Source: Terriglobia bacterium (lineage in GTDB: Bacteria > Acidobacteriota > Terriglobia > UBA7540 > JAPUME01). Taken from it: DNA of 64,000 nucleotides. The translations under genes and the position numbers were made by a program. The notes below the pieces were generated by a model, which saw nothing but the letters and a program-made list of their open reading frames with translations, ran no database searches and had not been told where the DNA came from. Location of the stretch: the NCBI GenBank assembly GCA_965222885.1, contig OZ244973.1:1841940-1905939 (forward strand), read 5' to 3'. This document shows, piece after piece, positions 9,096-19,662 of this stretch (position 1 is the first letter of the stretch; each line of letters starts with the position of its first letter).

Positions 9096-10220
9096 GTGCA
9101 GTGCCCAGCCTGTGGGTCCGTCCATCCTGAGACCGCTTCCAAGTGTGCGTGCGGGTACGGATTTCTTTCCGGGGGGCAGGAAGGTGCGGTTCCGCCTGAT
9201 TCGGCCGGTCAGGTTCCCGCAGCAGGAATTCCGCTCCCATCCGCCAAGGCTCCGGGGGCCACCGCGTCCCACCCGACGCGGCAGGCGTCGTTTCATGGGG
9301 ACGGGAGATCCCTGTTCAAAATTCATATCCTGAATCTCCTGCTCACGATTCTGACGTTGGGCGCCTATTATTTTTGGGCCAAGATAAAAGTCCGGAATTA
9401 TTTATACGGGCAGACGGAATTCGAAGGGGACCGGTTTGCCTTTCACGGAACCGGGAAGGAGCTTTTCATTGGCTTCCTCAAAATTGTCCTGTTTTTGGTT
9501 CTCTATGTCGGGGCCGTGACGGCTATCCCTATGGTTTTCGGGAATCGTCTTGCCCCGCTCATGGGGAGAATCCTTTCCTATCTGGTCTTGCTGGTGGTTG
9601 TCCCCATTGCCATCGTAGGGTCCAAAAGGTATGTCCTCAGCCGCACCTCGTGGCGGGGTATCCGGTTTTCGTTCCGGGGCCGCGCCAAGGCTCTGATCGG
9701 TATATTCGTTCGGGATGGGGTCTTCATCGTCCTGGCGTTCGGCCTTTATTATCCCTTCATGCTGCACAACATCAGGGACTTTGTGGTTGGGCACTCGTAT
9801 TTTGGCAACCGACGGTTTCACTATGACGGAGATGCTTGGGACCTGTTCGGACGTTACGTGTTGGCGATTCTGCTTCTTCTGCCGACCTTGGGCCTGTATT
9901 GGTTCTGGTTTGTTGCATGGAAGCAGCGTTATTACTGGGAACACACTACGTTCGGGACCGCTCGGTTTCGAGCCACTATGACAGGTGAGCGGCTCTTGGG
10001 CCTGACTGTGAGCAATGTAGTGCTCCTGATTGTATCCCTGGGGCTGGCGTGGCCCTGGGTGCAGGTCCGTAAGACGCGTTTCTTGATGGCCCATCTCCGC
10101 CTGGAAGGGCCGCTCGACTTGGCGGCCATTCAACAGGAAGCCCAGGCGGCGGCTGCGACGGGAGAAGCTATGACGGATTTTGTGGACACGGGCTTTCTGG
10201 ACTTGGACTTAGGCTTCTAA
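9096..10220 (+). CDS. YjgN (DUF898) family membrane protein with N-terminal zinc ribbon
   Basis: LLTILTLGAYYFWA, FHGTGKELF and SRTSWRGIRFSF motifs; CPAC...CACG N-terminus. Confidence 0.85.
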   Translation: MQCPACGSVHPETASKCACGYGFLSGGQEGAVPPDSAGQVPAAGIPLPSAKAPGATASHPTRQASFHGDGRSLFKIHILNLLLTILTLGAYYFWAKIKVRNYLYGQTEFEGDRFAFHGTGKELFIGFLKIVLFLVLYVGAVTAIPMVFGNRLAPLMGRILSYLVLLVVVPIAIVGSKRYVLSRTSWRGIRFSFRGRAKALIGIFVRDGVFIVLAFGLYYPFMLHNIRDFVVGHSYFGNRRFHYDGDAWDLFGRYVLAILLLLPTLGLYWFWFVAWKQRYYWEHTTFGTARFRATMTGERLLGLTVSNVVLLIVSLGLAWPWVQVRKTRFLMAHLRLEGPLDLAAIQQEAQAAAATGEAMTDFVDTGFLDLDLGF

Positions 10221-10238
10221 ATTTACGGACTCACACCG

Positions 10239-11438
10239 ATGGCAACCCTTTCCAGGACCGAATGGCAAGGCTACTACTTCGATGGGCGGACGCCTACGCG
10301 TCACCCGGTGACGGTTTCCATTCAGAGTGGAGGTCTCAACCTGGCGCACGAAGATGGTACCTCGATCGGGTGGGGCTATGAGGAGATTCGCCAGACGCAA
10401 GGGTATCATTTCAACGAGCCGGTACGCCTCGAACGGGGTGGAGACATCCCGGAAGCGCTGGTTGTAGCGGACCAGAAATTCCTGGAGGCGATTCACCAGG
10501 TCGCGACCGGGAACGCTTCTCACCTTCATAATCCCGCCCTCCGTTCCTCCTGGGGCAAAGTGGTGCTGGTGGCCGGAGTGGGAGTCATTCTTGTCGGGTG
10601 GCTTATGTATGTCTGGGGTATTCCGGCCCTGGCGGGTGAGATTGCCGCGCGCATCCCGGTCTCCTGGGAGGAGCGGATCGGCCGATCGGTGGTTGAGCAG
10701 ATGGCTCCGACCCAGATGAAGTGCCCCGAAACGGAGGGGATGAAAGTCCTGGAAGAGATCGTGAGTAGCCTGGCTGCGGGTGCGGGGGATTCTCCCTATC
10801 AGTTTCGCGTCACGGTGGTCAAGGGTTCGGTTGTAAATGCGTTTGCGGCACCGGGAGGCTACTTGGTGATTTATGAAGGGTTGCTTCGACAAACGGAAAC
10901 GCCCGAGGAGTTGGCTGGCGTGCTGGCTCATGAAATCGAGCACTGCTTGCAGCGCCACCCGACGCGGGCCCTCTTCCGCCGCATGTCAACCCAAGCCCTG
11001 GTAGCGCTGTTGACGGGAGGGGAAGAAGCCCTGGGCGGCGTCCTGCAGATGGCGACAGTGCTGGGCGAGCTCCGCTACAGCCGCCGGGACGAAGAGGCGG
11101 CAGACCGCGGCGGCTTGGCGATGATTGAGGCGGCGAAAATGGATCCGCAGGGAATGATTACCTTCCTGGGCAGGCTGCGGAAGGAAACGGCCCATCGCGA
11201 GGGAGGGCTGGGGTACTTCTCTACCCATCCGCAAATCAGTGAGCGGATTGCGAATCTCAAACGACGCGTGGACCAAGCGCAATACACTCCGGTTCCTCTC
11301 CTGCCGAGCTATACCTGGAGTGAAATGCACCGGATGTGCGAGGCGAGCCCCGGCATTGCGAAGTCAACGATCGGAAAGGGAACGAACTTCATAAGCTCGT
11401 CATCGCAGACACGGTTCGATTTTCCCTTGGCTCGGTGA
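10239..11438 (+). CDS. M48 family metallopeptidase
   Basis: NAFAAPGG, VLAHEIEH (HExxH), YSRRDEEAAD, STHP. Confidence 0.9.
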   Translation: MATLSRTEWQGYYFDGRTPTRHPVTVSIQSGGLNLAHEDGTSIGWGYEEIRQTQGYHFNEPVRLERGGDIPEALVVADQKFLEAIHQVATGNASHLHNPALRSSWGKVVLVAGVGVILVGWLMYVWGIPALAGEIAARIPVSWEERIGRSVVEQMAPTQMKCPETEGMKVLEEIVSSLAAGAGDSPYQFRVTVVKGSVVNAFAAPGGYLVIYEGLLRQTETPEELAGVLAHEIEHCLQRHPTRALFRRMSTQALVALLTGGEEALGGVLQMATVLGELRYSRRDEEAADRGGLAMIEAAKMDPQGMITFLGRLRKETAHREGGLGYFSTHPQISERIANLKRRVDQAQYTPVPLLPSYTWSEMHRMCEASPGIAKSTIGKGTNFISSSSQTRFDFPLAR

Positions 11439-11572
11439 ACGGAACCGCCATTTTGATCTTTCCTCTCTCTCGATATACTTATTGTCGCGCCATTTCCCCG
11501 CGGGTTGGGCGTGCGATTGGATGCGCCGAGGGGCAGGCGTAATTCTCGAAGGGGATTGGCTGGAACCTGTCC

Positions 11573-12046
11573 GTGAATGATTCAGTTCAATATATGGAAG
11601 ATATCGCTGCGCGTGCGTTGGCGACGTGCTCCTTCGGTCCTGATTGCCGTCCTCGGATAGAAACCGGCGGGGTTGGGAAGCGGCTGCTTTTCCCTTTGCG
11701 AGACCGGTCTGCCATTGAGGTTACGCTGGAGGCCGACCGCAAGCGCATACTCGTGGGATTCCAGACGTTGGATCGCGGCTTCAATGACCAGGTGGAAGAT
11801 CAACTGCTCGCAAGCGGCGAATCCTTCGCCGAGCTCCTCGCAATGGAATTGGAGGAGTTGCAAGCCGATACCACTCAGTTTCAGGTGGACCACCACTTTG
11901 ACCGTGACATGCGGGCTTTCCGCTTTTCGACCTACCTGCATTATGACGATGGGGATCTCGCCTCGGAGTCCTTGCGGAACCGCTTGGCGCTGCTGGCTGC
12001 GGGCTTCCGGGGTGTGTTGCGGGAGTTGGTGGAGTTTTACGGCTGA
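11573..12046 (+). CDS. Hypothetical protein
   Basis: 157-aa ORF with protein-like composition, same strand as neighbours; no motif recognised. Confidence 0.6.
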   Translation: MNDSVQYMEDIAARALATCSFGPDCRPRIETGGVGKRLLFPLRDRSAIEVTLEADRKRILVGFQTLDRGFNDQVEDQLLASGESFAELLAMELEELQADTTQFQVDHHFDRDMRAFRFSTYLHYDDGDLASESLRNRLALLAAGFRGVLRELVEFYG

Positions 12047-12181
12047 GAATTCTCTGCCGGGTTGATTTTCATTCCTTAAGAATTGCGGGCCAGGGAACTC
12101 CCTCCGATTCTATCCTTTTCTCTGCCTCGACTTTGTTGTACAACGCATCTGTTCCAGCCTGAGAATAGCAAGGGGGGAGTT

Positions 12182-13213
12182 ATGGCGCTGAAGGTCAAAC
12201 AGATCGCCGAGTTGGTCGGGGGTGAAGTTTCCGGAGACGCGGAGTCTTTGATGGAGGGGGTCGCGGCTCTGGAGGAGGCCAAGCAGAATCAGCTCGCGTT
12301 TGCCGAGGGGGCGCGTCAGGCCGCCAAGATTGCCTCCTCGCAGGCGGGATGCGTGCTCGTGCCGCCGGGAACCGATGAGCCCAACGGTACGGTTATCCGG
12401 GTGGAGCATCCTAAGTTTGCCTTTCTACGAGCGGCTCAGGCTTTGATTCCTCCCGAGGCGGCTCCCCTTTCCCTTCATCCGGCGGCGGTCGTCTCTCCTG
12501 AGGCCGAGTTGGAAGAAAATGTCGGAGTGGGACCTTACGCAGTCGTCGAAAAGGGGGCGTTTCTAGGCGGCGCGACCCGTCTGGGGGCGGGCGTCTATGT
12601 AGGGGAAAACGTCAGAATCGGGCGTAGTTGTCGGCTCTATCCGGGAGTCAAGATCTATTCCGGCGTCGAAATCGGAGACCGAGTGATCCTTCATGCCGGG
12701 GTGGTTCTGGGTTCGGACGGCTTCGGATATGTCTTTGCCGAGGGTGCGCATCACAAGTTCCCGCAACTCGGCGGATTAATTATTGAGGACGACGTGGAGA
12801 TCGGCACGAACAGCACCGTCGATCGTGGGTCGCTCGGTATCACCCGCATCGGGCGGGGAACCAAGATCGATAATCTGGTTCAGGTGGCTCACAACGTGCG
12901 CCTGGGCCGAAACTGTGTGGTGGTGGCTCAGACGGGCATCTCGGGCAGCGCGGTGATCGAAGACGGCGTGATGCTGGGAGGGCAGGTGGGCGTGGGCGAA
13001 CGGGTGCGAATCGAGCCGGGGGCCATGGTGGGCGGACAGGCGGGGATTCTCCCGGGCAAGGTGATCCGCAGGGGACAGATCGTGTGGGGAACACCTGCAC
13101 GGCCCCTGGATGAATTCAAGCGTCAGTTTAAATATCTCTCTTATCTTCCTGAACTTTTAAGACGGGTTCGAGAGCTTTCCCGAAAATTCCCGCGACCGGG
13201 GGGAGGGGACTGA
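12182..13213 (+). CDS. lpxD: UDP-3-O-(3-hydroxymyristoyl)glucosamine N-acyltransferase
   Basis: Hexapeptide repeats, [21 protein letters not shown]; ATG at 12182 after a G-rich RBS. Confidence 0.95.
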   Translation: MALKVKQIAELVGGEVSGDAESLMEGVAALEEAKQNQLAFAEGARQAAKIASSQAGCVLVPPGTDEPNGTVIRVEHPKFAFLRAAQALIPPEAAPLSLHPAAVVSPEAELEENVGVGPYAVVEKGAFLGGATRLGAGVYVGENVRIGRSCRLYPGVKIYSGVEIGDRVILHAGVVLGSDGFGYVFAEGAHHKFPQLGGLIIEDDVEIGTNSTVDRGSLGITRIGRGTKIDNLVQVAHNVRLGRNCVVVAQTGISGSAVIEDGVMLGGQVGVGERVRIEPGAMVGGQAGILPGKVIRRGQIVWGTPARPLDEFKRQFKYLSYLPELLRRVRELSRKFPRPGGGD

Positions 13214-13271
13214 CCTCCCGAGAGGTGCATACATCAAGGTGTGCCGGGATGTGTGCGTTAAGCCGCAGACT

Positions 13272-13697
13272 ATGGTGGACCAACCCTTCCGCATTCTTGA
13301 CCATACTGCCGACATAGGCTTTGAGTGTACGAGCAAGAGCCGCGAAGACCTTTTCGCCAATGCGGGCAAGGCATTGGTCCATTTCTTTGTGGACCTGGAG
13401 ACCATCGAGCCGCGCGAAGAATTGACGATTGCAGTTACCGGCGAGGATACCGAAAGCCTGCTGGTCAACTGGCTCAGCGAAATCCTGTTTCTGATTGATG
13501 CGGACGGCTGGCTCCTGTCGGAATTTCAGGTCTCGCTCAGGGACACGCATTCCCTTTCCGCCACCGCCCGAGGCGAGCCCTGGGACCGCTCCCGCCACGT
13601 CCCCAAGCTGCTGGTGAAGGCGATCACCTATCATCAGTTGGAAATCACCCTATCACCCGACGGCACTTGGCACGCCCGCGTTTTTCTGGATATCTAA
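13272..13697 (+). CDS. Archease
   Basis: DHTAD N-terminal motif, VKAITYH, C-terminal FLDI; next to rtcB. Confidence 0.92.
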   Translation: MVDQPFRILDHTADIGFECTSKSREDLFANAGKALVHFFVDLETIEPREELTIAVTGEDTESLLVNWLSEILFLIDADGWLLSEFQVSLRDTHSLSATARGEPWDRSRHVPKLLVKAITYHQLEITLSPDGTWHARVFLDI

Positions 13698-13764
13698 ACC
13701 CTGCAATGGGATGTGCATACATCGAGTCTTTTATGATGAATGGGTGCGATGTATGCAGTTTATG

Positions 13765-13796
13765 GGTGACGTAGAACCCGTGGGTTGGTTCTGCGG
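13765..13796 (+). repeat. REP-like palindrome
   Basis: GTAGAACCCG-TGGG-TTGGTTCTGCGG, near-identical to 29017-29042. Confidence 0.55.
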
Positions 13797-13870
13797 ATCG
13801 GTAAAGTGGGGTTAGAAGGACTCCGAGGCGGCACAGAGGGTTCCGCGCCACCTGATTTCCATCCAGCATT

Positions 13871-13899
13871 CTGACAACGCTATATATGCTATATATACT
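13871..13899 (+). promoter_or_regulatory. Putative sigma70 promoter of rtcB
   Basis: CTGACA-17 bp-TATACT; overlapped by tandem GCTATATAT x2. Confidence 0.6.
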
Positions 13900-13942
13900 G
13901 ATGCAAGACATCCATTAGGGGGACAGCAATCGCTGCGGAATC

Positions 13943-15394
13943 ATGGGTTTCAAAATCCACCAACTCGAAAAAATCGACGACTATCGCTGGCTGGTTCCTA
14001 AAAGACTCAAGCCCGGTATGCGGACCGATGCGTTGCTCTATGCCGATGAGAATCTACTGAAGGATTTCATCCAAGACCTCTCGGTCGAGCAGGCGGCAAA
14101 CGTGGCCATGCTGCCGGGCATTGTTGGGCGGTCGCTGGCGATGCCGGACATACATCAAGGCTACGGGTTCCCGATTGGCGGCGTTGCGGCCACCGACGCA
14201 GCCGAGGACGGGGTGATCTCTCCGGGAGGCGTCGGGTTTGACATCAACTGCGGCGTGCGGTTGCTTGCGAGCTCGCTGCCGGTGGATGAAGTGCGGCCCC
14301 GCATTCGCGAGCTGATCAACCAACTCTTCCGCGACGTGCCCTCGGGCGCGGGTAGGGGAGGGCACGTAAAGGTTGCCGGTAATGATGATCTCGACCGGCT
14401 CCTTGTGAACGGCGCGTCGTGGATGGTTGAGCACGGCTACGGCGAAGATGGGGATGTGGTCCGTTGTGAAGAGGGTGGAGCCATGGACGGGGCCGACCCG
14501 GCCGCGGTGAGCGACCGCGCCAAAAAGCGCGGCCGGCCGCAAGTCGGAACGCTCGGTTCCGGCAATCACTTCTTGGAAGTACAGTACGTCGAGCGGGTCT
14601 TCGAGCCGGAGGTTGCCGCAACGCTGGGCCTTGCAGTGAATCAGTGTGTCGTCATGATCCATTCCGGCTCCCGCGGCCTGGGCCATCAGGTCTGCACGGA
14701 TTCTCTGCGCCAAATGGGCGGGGCCATGCGCCGCTACCGAATCGAACTGCCCGACCGCCAACTGGCTTGCGTCCCGGTTCGGTCTCCGGAAGGGAAGGAC
14801 TACCTGGCGGCCATGCGCTCGGCGGCGAACTTCGCCTGGGCGAACCGTCAGGGGATCACGCATTACACGCGTCGGGCTTTTCAGCGAATTTTCGGACCCG
14901 ATACCAGTGTCCAGGTCACTTACGACATTTGCCACAACATCGCGAAACTGGAACGACACCAAGTGGAAGGGCGCCGACGCGAAGTGGTCGTCCACCGGAA
15001 AGGCGCCACGCGAGCCTTCCCGCCCCAACGGCCTGAAGTCCCCGGCGTCTATAAGTCCGTGGGCCAGCCGGTGCTGATTCCCGGCTCCATGGGTACGGCG
15101 TCTTATGTGTTGGTGGGGACCGAGGGAGCGATGCAGGAGACCTTCGGGACCACCTGCCACGGCGCGGGGCGCGTGATGAGCCGCAGCGCCGCCAAGCGCA
15201 GCGCCTACGCCCAAGGGGCCAAGCAACGCTTGGAGGAGCAAGGCGTGGTCGTGCGCGCCGAAACCCGTGACGGCATTAGCGAAGAGATTCCCGAGGCCTA
15301 CAAAGACGTGGACGCCGTGATCGATGTGGTCCACAATGCGGGGCTTTCCAAGCGCGTCGCGCGCCTCAAGCCCATCGGAGTGGTGAAGGGGTAG
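13943..15394 (+). CDS. rtcB: RtcB RNA ligase (archaeal/eukaryote-like long form)
   Basis: MPDIHQGYGFPIGG, GFDINCG, GSGNHFLE, IHSGSRG, HRKGAT, HGAGR. Confidence 0.97.
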   Translation: MGFKIHQLEKIDDYRWLVPKRLKPGMRTDALLYADENLLKDFIQDLSVEQAANVAMLPGIVGRSLAMPDIHQGYGFPIGGVAATDAAEDGVISPGGVGFDINCGVRLLASSLPVDEVRPRIRELINQLFRDVPSGAGRGGHVKVAGNDDLDRLLVNGASWMVEHGYGEDGDVVRCEEGGAMDGADPAAVSDRAKKRGRPQVGTLGSGNHFLEVQYVERVFEPEVAATLGLAVNQCVVMIHSGSRGLGHQVCTDSLRQMGGAMRRYRIELPDRQLACVPVRSPEGKDYLAAMRSAANFAWANRQGITHYTRRAFQRIFGPDTSVQVTYDICHNIAKLERHQVEGRRREVVVHRKGATRAFPPQRPEVPGVYKSVGQPVLIPGSMGTASYVLVGTEGAMQETFGTTCHGAGRVMSRSAAKRSAYAQGAKQRLEEQGVVVRAETRDGISEEIPEAYKDVDAVIDVVHNAGLSKRVARLKPIGVVKG

Positions 15395-15444
15395 TAACTT
15401 GGTGGTTCGGAGTTCAAGATAAAAGGCGTGGTGGAGACAAAACG

Positions 15445-15900
15445 CTAGGGGACCGGCTGCAAGCGGGCCCGGACTTTCTCACTGACCCATCTTCCGTCCA
15501 CGTTCTGCCCCGCAAATTGGGCCATCACAGCCTTCATTACCTTGCCCATCTCTTTGGGATGGGAGGCTTCGGTTTCCTGGAGCGCTGCCGCAACGGCTTG
15601 GTCAATCTGCGCCTCCCCCACGGCGGCGGGCAGGTAGGATTCGACGAATTTGAGCTCAGCCTCTTCTTTTTGTGCCAATTCCTCTCGATTGCCTTTTCGG
15701 AATTGCTCGATCGAGTCCCGCCGCTGATTGACCAGGGTTCGCAGGACGGCTAGTTCGTCGGACTCCTCAAGTGGTTTTCCTTTTTCGATCTCCTTATTTT
15801 TCAGCGCCGTTTTCATCAAGCGCAGGACGCTGAGGCGGAAGGTATCGGTCGCCTTCATGGCTTCCTGCATCTGGTTTTGCACCTTCTCTTACAGATTCAT
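15445..15900 (-). CDS. GatB/YqeY domain protein (in-frame TAA at codon 4, or shorter start at 15882)
   Basis: AMKA...LRLMKTALKN, RRDSIEQF, MGKVM motifs; the ATG with a GAGG RBS reads MNL*EKVQ. Confidence 0.85.
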
Positions 15901-16034
15901 GATAGTTACCTCTGTAGCCGGTTCCGTAAGGGTGAGGTTCCGTCTCAGTGATCTCAGGGCAGAAAAGACAGAAATCCTCCCGAAGGAGGATTTCTGTCAG
16001 GAAGACGGGAAGAACCTGTTTGGCCTGAGCCGGC

Positions 16035-17063
16035 TCAGGCCGGGATGTTTACATCGAACCCGTGCTGGCGGCGATGGTGAGGGCCATCGAACTGCTTGGT
16101 GGACTTGAACAATTCGTGGCGGCCGTCGGTCGCCTCCGGACGGACTTTGGCCAGCAAGGCTGTTTTTTCTTTCTCCGCCATGGGCTTGAAATCACGCGCC
16201 ACGCCGAGGGCCTTATTGAGTTGCGCCATGGATGTCACCCCCACTACGAGAGTGGAGACCGGCAGGCTCAGAGCGTAATGAATACAGGCCGTGGGGGAAA
16301 CACCGGCCTTGTCGGGGAAGCGTCCCTTCGGGTGTCCTCCACCCATACTCTTCATACCGATCACGCCCACTTTCTTTTTCATGCACACGGGCACCACTTG
16401 CTTCTCGAAGCTGCGGTAGTGCGCGTCCATGACGTTGATCGGCATCTGAGAGCTGGCCCAGTGGTAAGGCTTGTTCAGCATCTTCAGGTGGATGATGGGG
16501 TCCTTGTGCCCTGTAAAGCCGATATAGCGCACCTTGCCGGCTTTCTGGGCTTCCAGGGCCGCCTTGAGACCACCTTTTTCGAAGACCCAGTCGGGATCGT
16601 TGTCATAGACCATTTCGTGGAACTGCCATAGGTCCAGATAGTCAGTGCGAAGGCGGCGCAAACTATCATCCAGGCTCCGGTTGGAACCGGCATGATCGCG
16701 CTCGCAATTTTTCGTCATGAGGAAGGTCTTCTTTCGCCGGCCGCCCTCGGCGAGCGCCTTGCCCATGATTTCTTCGCTGTACCCGTCATGGTAATCCCAG
16801 GCGTTATCGAAAAAGGTCATGCCTTGGTCGAGCGCAGCATGCATGATGCGGATGGATTCGGTTTCGTCGGTCGCCGCGGCGATGTGCCATCCGCCCAGGC
16901 AAAGGATGGAGACTCGTTCGCCGGTATCGCCCAGAGGTCGCGTCGGGACACCACCTCCGGTTGGCGTGAGAGTGCCCGCCAAGACCTGATCGGCCAGGGA
17001 AAGCGCAGTGACCGCCCCCAGAGCGGAGTGCATGAATTCTCTTCGGTTGTGATTGGCTTTCAT
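16035..17063 (-). CDS. Aldo/keto reductase with Tat signal
   Basis: NRREFM twin-Arg; FDNAWDY, SLRRLRTDYLDL, GKVRYIGFTGH. Confidence 0.9.
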   Translation of the reverse strand: MKANHNRREFMHSALGAVTALSLADQVLAGTLTPTGGGVPTRPLGDTGERVSILCLGGWHIAAATDETESIRIMHAALDQGMTFFDNAWDYHDGYSEEIMGKALAEGGRRKKTFLMTKNCERDHAGSNRSLDDSLRRLRTDYLDLWQFHEMVYDNDPDWVFEKGGLKAALEAQKAGKVRYIGFTGHKDPIIHLKMLNKPYHWASSQMPINVMDAHYRSFEKQVVPVCMKKKVGVIGMKSMGGGHPKGRFPDKAGVSPTACIHYALSLPVSTLVVGVTSMAQLNKALGVARDFKPMAEKEKTALLAKVRPEATDGRHELFKSTKQFDGPHHRRQHGFDVNIPA

Positions 17064-17098
17064 ATTCGATCTCCCTTTCTTTTCTTAAAGTTGCATAG

Positions 17099-17911
17099 TT
17101 AATTCGCGGGTGGAGGAGAAGGGCTCAGGGCTGAAGAGATATTGGAAAAGATGGTCCGCCCTCCGTCCACTAACAGATTGATGCCGGTGATCCAACCGGC
17201 TTCCTCCGAGGCCAGGAAGGCCACGGCGTGAGCCACCTCGTCCGAGGTCCCTAGCCTTCCCAAGGGGATTCGGGTGGTAATGAGTTGCTTGGCCGCCTCC
17301 GCTCCCGCACCCAGAGTTTTATCGAAGAACGGAGTATTCACGGGGCCGGGCGAGACACAATTGATGCGGATGCCGTACTGGGCTACCTCAGAGGCGAGCG
17401 TCTGGGTGTACATCAACAAGGCCGCCTTCGCAATCGAGTAGAAGGAAAAGACAGGAACTGGCAGGCTGGCCGCTACGCTGGAAATGTTGATGATACATCC
17501 TTTGCCGGTTTTTTTCATGCTGCCGAGGACGGCGTGCGTGTGGGCGACCGCCGAGCGTACGTTCCACCCCATGTCGCGGTCGAAATCCTCCACGGAGGAC
17601 TCGCTAATGGGTTTGTTCACGCCGCCGCCGGCGTTGTTCACCAGGATGTCGAGGCCGCCCCATTTCCGATATGCTTCCTGGACCGCGGCCTGTGCCTGCG
17701 CGGCGTCGGTAGCATCTGCCGGGAAGGGAACCAGCTTGCCCGCACTTTCTGGAAGAGCCTTTCCGATGTCCCGGACGGCATTCTCCAATTTCTGGCCGTT
17801 CCGGGCCGTCACCAACACCGAGGCTCCTTCACGAAGGAAGCATTCGGCAATCGCCCGGCCGATGCCCTCACTCCCTCCGGTAACCAAGGCTTTCTTGTTT
17901 TGCAGCCGCAT
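17099..17911 (-). CDS. SDR family oxidoreductase
   Basis: TGGSEGIG, NNAG, YSIAK, NCVSPG. Confidence 0.92.
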   Translation of the reverse strand: MRLQNKKALVTGGSEGIGRAIAECFLREGASVLVTARNGQKLENAVRDIGKALPESAGKLVPFPADATDAAQAQAAVQEAYRKWGGLDILVNNAGGGVNKPISESSVEDFDRDMGWNVRSAVAHTHAVLGSMKKTGKGCIINISSVAASLPVPVFSFYSIAKAALLMYTQTLASEVAQYGIRINCVSPGPVNTPFFDKTLGAGAEAAKQLITTRIPLGRLGTSDEVAHAVAFLASEEAGWITGINLLVDGGRTIFSNISSALSPSPPPAN

Positions 17912-18195
17912 CGTAGTGTTCAGTTCCGGGCAGTTCGAGGCAACCACCGTGGCCTGCGCACCGAGCTTCTCCGGGTGCTCTTTGGGTTTTAACGATCCTT
18001 AGCTCAGTTCCCGAAAGGGAAAAGGTACACTCTCCGAGGGAATTCTTCAAGGGGAGAAACGAAATAGGCGGTATTGTTAATAAAGCTAAACAGATGTAAT
18101 GGAGGTCTGCCTTGCAGAGGACAATTTAATTTTGCTGCCCGGCTGGTGTAAACTCATAAACATCGGCTGAGCGGAAAACAGGAGAGGGTACAGGA

Positions 18196-19662
18196 GTGAC
18201 GGAGAAACGAAAAGCCTTGTTGATTTGCTTTCTGTTGGTGTGTGTGCCCGTGCGGGCAGACGAGGGTACCGGCAATGTGAGTTTAGGCTTTCGGGAAGAG
18301 CTGTTTTACGTTATGGCGGCCATTCATGCTGCGGGCTATAACCCGGGCGGAGCTTCCAAGGAAAGTCGGGTGCTTCGTCAAGCCTTGGAGGTCGAACTGA
18401 GTCGTCGGGAAATTCCTTCCGTGGCCGACCTTAGATCGTTTTATGACGGCCACCGGGTGCCCGATGAAGCGGGAGCCAGTCTGGGCCAATACATCTCCCT
18501 GGGTCTGCTTCTGGGTTCAGCCCCGGATTTTCCGTTCACGGTCAACGAACAGGACCTGCCGCCCGATGCCAAACGGGTGGCGGAATTTGTGCCCCTCTTA
18601 AGACGATTTTATGAGGAAGCGCAATTGTCGCGGGTATGGGCGCAACTTGAGCCGCACTATGGGAAGGAGGTGGAACGATACAGCCCTCGGGTGCGCCAAG
18701 CCATTGCTGAAGCCGACGGCTACCTCCGCCTGCCGGCGGGACGCTACCTGGGCCGTACCTACTCCATATTTCTGGAACTTTTGGCTTCGCCGAGTCTCAT
18801 TCAGGCGCGCATTTACGGCGCCCATTACTATCTGGTGGCTGCTCCTCTCGATCAACCCAAACTCGAGGAGCTTCGCCACCAATATCTGCACTTTGTTCTG
18901 GACCCGCTGGCAGCCAAGTACGTCCTCCAGATCAACAAGAGCCGGTCGCTGGTGGAGGTGGTAAAGGACGCGCCTCGGCTCGGCACCGAGTATAAGACGG
19001 ACTTCCCGCTCCTGGCCACCGAGTCCCTGATTCGGGCGATCGAGCTTCGGATGGACACTCCCGAAGAAGAGAAGACCAAAGTGCGCCTACAGGATGACGT
19101 CGAGGAAGGTTTCATCCTTGTCCCGTACTTTTACGCCGCGCTGCAAAAATTTGCAAAACAAAAGCAGGGCTTCAACCGTTATTTCCCCACGCTGTTTACC
19201 GACCTCAGACCTAAGAAAGTGCAGGCCAAGCTGGGGACCGTGAAGTTTAAGGGCCGGACCACACCTGCCTCTCCCATGCTTTCCGAGCGGGAGCAAATTC
19301 TTCGCCGAGCGAATGATTCCATTTCGCAGGGACAATTTCTGGAGGCCAAAAGACTTTTCGAGGAAGCCTTGGAAAAGTTTGGGGAAGACGACGAGCGGGC
19401 CCTTTTCGGACTGGGCATTGCCGCCAGCAACCTTCGGAAGCCCGGCCTGGCCAAGAGATACTTTTCCCGGGCCATCGAAGTAACCCGGGACCCGCGAATT
19501 TCCACGTGGTCGCATATCTTTTTGGGCCGCATCCTGGACCTGACAGGTCGGCGGGAGGATGCCGTGGCCCGGTATCGTTCCGCTTTGGTGACCGCGGGCG
19601 CCTACCCGCTGGCCCTACAAGCTGCCCAACAGGGATTGCAGAAGCCTTTTGGCTCCCCATGA
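18196..19662 (+). CDS. Exported protein with C-terminal TPR repeats
   Basis: Signal-peptide-like N-terminus; TPR-like helices in the last ~130 aa. Confidence 0.75.
   Translation: MTEKRKALLICFLLVCVPVRADEGTGNVSLGFREELFYVMAAIHAAGYNPGGASKESRVLRQALEVELSRREIPSVADLRSFYDGHRVPDEAGASLGQYISLGLLLGSAPDFPFTVNEQDLPPDAKRVAEFVPLLRRFYEEAQLSRVWAQLEPHYGKEVERYSPRVRQAIAEADGYLRLPAGRYLGRTYSIFLELLASPSLIQARIYGAHYYLVAAPLDQPKLEELRHQYLHFVLDPLAAKYVLQINKSRSLVEVVKDAPRLGTEYKTDFPLLATESLIRAIELRMDTPEEEKTKVRLQDDVEEGFILVPYFYAALQKFAKQKQGFNRYFPTLFTDLRPKKVQAKLGTVKFKGRTTPASPMLSEREQILRRANDSISQGQFLEAKRLFEEALEKFGEDDERALFGLGIAASNLRKPGLAKRYFSRAIEVTRDPRISTWSHIFLGRILDLTGRREDAVARYRSALVTAGAYPLALQAAQQGLQKPFGSP

Noticed and set aside
9096-11438. 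YjgN plus M48 peptidase pair as a novel system
   Set aside because: A widespread conserved gene pair; nothing unusual here beyond the zinc ribbon
14054-15334. 426-aa antisense ORF over rtcB
   Set aside because: Shadow ORF caused by high-GC codon bias
13272-15394. Archease-rtcB as a novel system
   Set aside because: The pairing is well established; only the flanking motifs are reported
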